63,988 bases of DNA, taken from Octopus vulgaris (taxonomy: Eukaryota). The translations under genes were made by a program, and so were the position numbers. The notes under the pieces are model-generated. The model searched no databases. It was not told the origin of the DNA and worked only from the letters and a program-made list of their open reading frames with translations. Location of the stretch: the NCBI GenBank assembly GCA_951406725.2, contig OX597816.1, positions 57,350,001 through 57,413,988 of the forward strand, in the 5' to 3' direction. This document shows positions 61,194 through 63,988 of this stretch, one piece after another. Every line of letters starts with the position of its first letter. The stretch's first letter is position 1.

Positions 61194-62386
61194 TCACAAA
61201 TAAGCTCTCTAGAAACAGACTAGAAAGCCCTTACTCAACCCTAACTTTCTTAAAACACCACGTTAAAAAAAATTTTACACCTACCACACTCTACCCCCCC
61301 CACACACACACACACACACACAATTCCGACAATTATTTCCCTGGTCTCTCTAAACAACCCCTAATTATCATTCCCCATAGCTCCACCTACCTGTAAAATA
61401 TAACTTGCCATAGACTATGCAAAGCCGAAAAGGATCCTAGTATGACGTATTTTGACAAAAGCAAGCAAGCCGAAACGTCGAAGTCACTTTCAACATTCCT
61501 TTTATTAAGGTTTAATGAACATAGACTCAACTAAAACATTCTTCCGTTTAATTGTTAAATTGTTTTTATGAGAACTTAATATAAAAACAATCTATTTACG
61601 TACGTGTGTGCGCGCGCCCGTGCTGCTAGTTTTGTTACAGTTTTAAACAACAATGCCGTGAAAGCATTTTATAAATGATATCAACGAAAGACAAAAATGT
61701 TTCGTTGGGTTTTTTTATCGAAACCTCTTATCTGCTGTAATACTTCTCGAATTTCAAAAGCCTTGTGAGTAACAAACACTTTTGATATTCACTCTAAAAC
61801 AAGCCTCACTCACATCCTCCTACCATAGCAAATCTACTTAGATTTATATTGTCAAGTGTAAATGCGCTCTTTGGCGTGTGGAGATACTTTAACTCGGTTT
61901 TCACCCAAACATTTCTGGAGTAAAGATCAAAACACAATCTTGTGTAACCTGTAATTTTCTAGATGGAACCATGATACCTTACAGAAACGATATCAACGTA
62001 TCTACTGTACCGTGTTGTTGCGTTCTTCTCGGTATCGCAGCTATTTCTGACATTCGAAGAGGAGTTATTTAACGTACGAACGCAGCCGGAAATCATAGGA
62101 TAGGATCGTAGTTTGGTAAATAAAAAAATAAAAAATGACAGCAGTTTTATCTTTTAAACAAACCATTTGCAAGCTGATACGTTTCAGGTCAATGCAAATG
62201 AGCAACAATAATAGTCTACACCAACCGAACCGTGACAGCCAGGAAGAGATAATAATAATAATAATAATAATAATAGTGTTCAACTCGATACTGCATTTAC
62301 AGTTATGACGAGGTGTAAATTAAGATACCGGATACTGTGTGAGTTCATTCTACATATGTGTGTGCTTACATACATACATACGTGCA

Positions 62387-63245
<859 letters not shown>

Positions 63246-63408
63246 ATGTGTGTTTGTGTGTGGACATACACACGAACACGACCTGTGTGTATGTGAGTAT
63301 ATCTGAATACAGCAGTTGTATGTGTAGGTATGTTGAAGTGTTTTCTCTTACTTATTTGTATAAATACGTTTCCTTTAGATTACTTTAATATATATCTATA
63401 CAAGTGTA

Positions 63409-63451
<43 letters not shown>

Positions 63452-63631
63452 ATATATAATAATAATAATATGTATATATATATTATATGTATATATATAT
63501 CTGTGTGTATAAATATATATATATATGTATATGCATAGATATATATGCATATATATATAAATATATATATATATATATTATATATAATATATATATGTAA
63601 ATGTATATGCAAATGTATATGTAAATATATG

Positions 63632-63988
63632 CAGCAGGGGATTGCAGCAAATGGAGGAAAATGTGTTTTTTAAAGACTAGAGAATTTGAAAGTAACCGTC
63701 TTCGTCATAGGGACGCCCTTCGTGCAAATTTGAAAGCAACGCATCAGCAAAATCCACCAAACAATGACTGTGTGTGTCACTGTGGGTTTAAAGCACGAAG
63801 CAAAGCTGGGTTAGCTGTCCACTCGAGAAGACATTTTGAACCAACGAATACGTGCAAGTGTACCATTTGCGAGAAAGTGTGCAAGACATCTGCTGGATTG
63901 AAAGTACACATGCGGTGTCACAAGGCTTAGGAATTGTTGAAGGTTATTTACTGAACCCTCATTCATCGTCTTCGATGAGAGAATCCAC
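63632..63988 (+). mobile_element. RTE-clade LINE 3' fragment with two C2H2-type motifs
   Basis: [11 protein letters not shown]...FE.NR (RTE C-terminal pattern), CHCGFKARSKAGLAVHSRRH and CTICEKVCKTSAGLKVHMRCH*, then an RTE-like tail tcatcgtcttcgatga. Confidence 0.82.

Noticed and set aside
63661-63930. 89-aa C2H2 ORF as a host zinc-finger gene
   Set aside because: Preceded by the RTE C-terminal motif, followed by an RTE-like tail, and has no TGEKP linkers. Interpreted as a LINE remnant.

Overview
Eukaryotic, AT-rich DNA saturated with microsatellites and SINEs. The SINE families look like those of octopus, so a coleoid cephalopod source is my inference. Almost every entry in the six-frame ORF track is an artefact of microsatellites or SINEs. 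The only host-gene coding sequence I can support is on the + strand: two phase-compatible exons (50748-50885 and 58819-58928) encoding a MEGF6-type EMI domain, plus a probable 52-nt upstream exon (47985-48036). The rest of that gene must continue past the window end. The remainder is a transposon landscape: about 35 copies of three tRNA-type SINE families, decayed LINE pieces (L1/Tx1, RTE-type, CR1), mariner and piggyBac transposase relics, small TIR elements with 8-bp TSDs, non-autonomous Helitrons and many foldback or hairpin sequences. The most unusual signal is a set of type I hammerhead-ribozyme (HHR)-like motifs. One group is a 139-bp tandem array (16498-16915) with one motif per unit, resembling a retrozyme or Penelope pseudo-LTR array. 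About ten further intact or decayed motifs lie elsewhere, mostly next to (TA)n tracts. Repeat boundaries were read by eye and are approximate to about 10-20 bp. Exon, TSD and ribozyme coordinates were counted individually. No database searches or folding programs were run.
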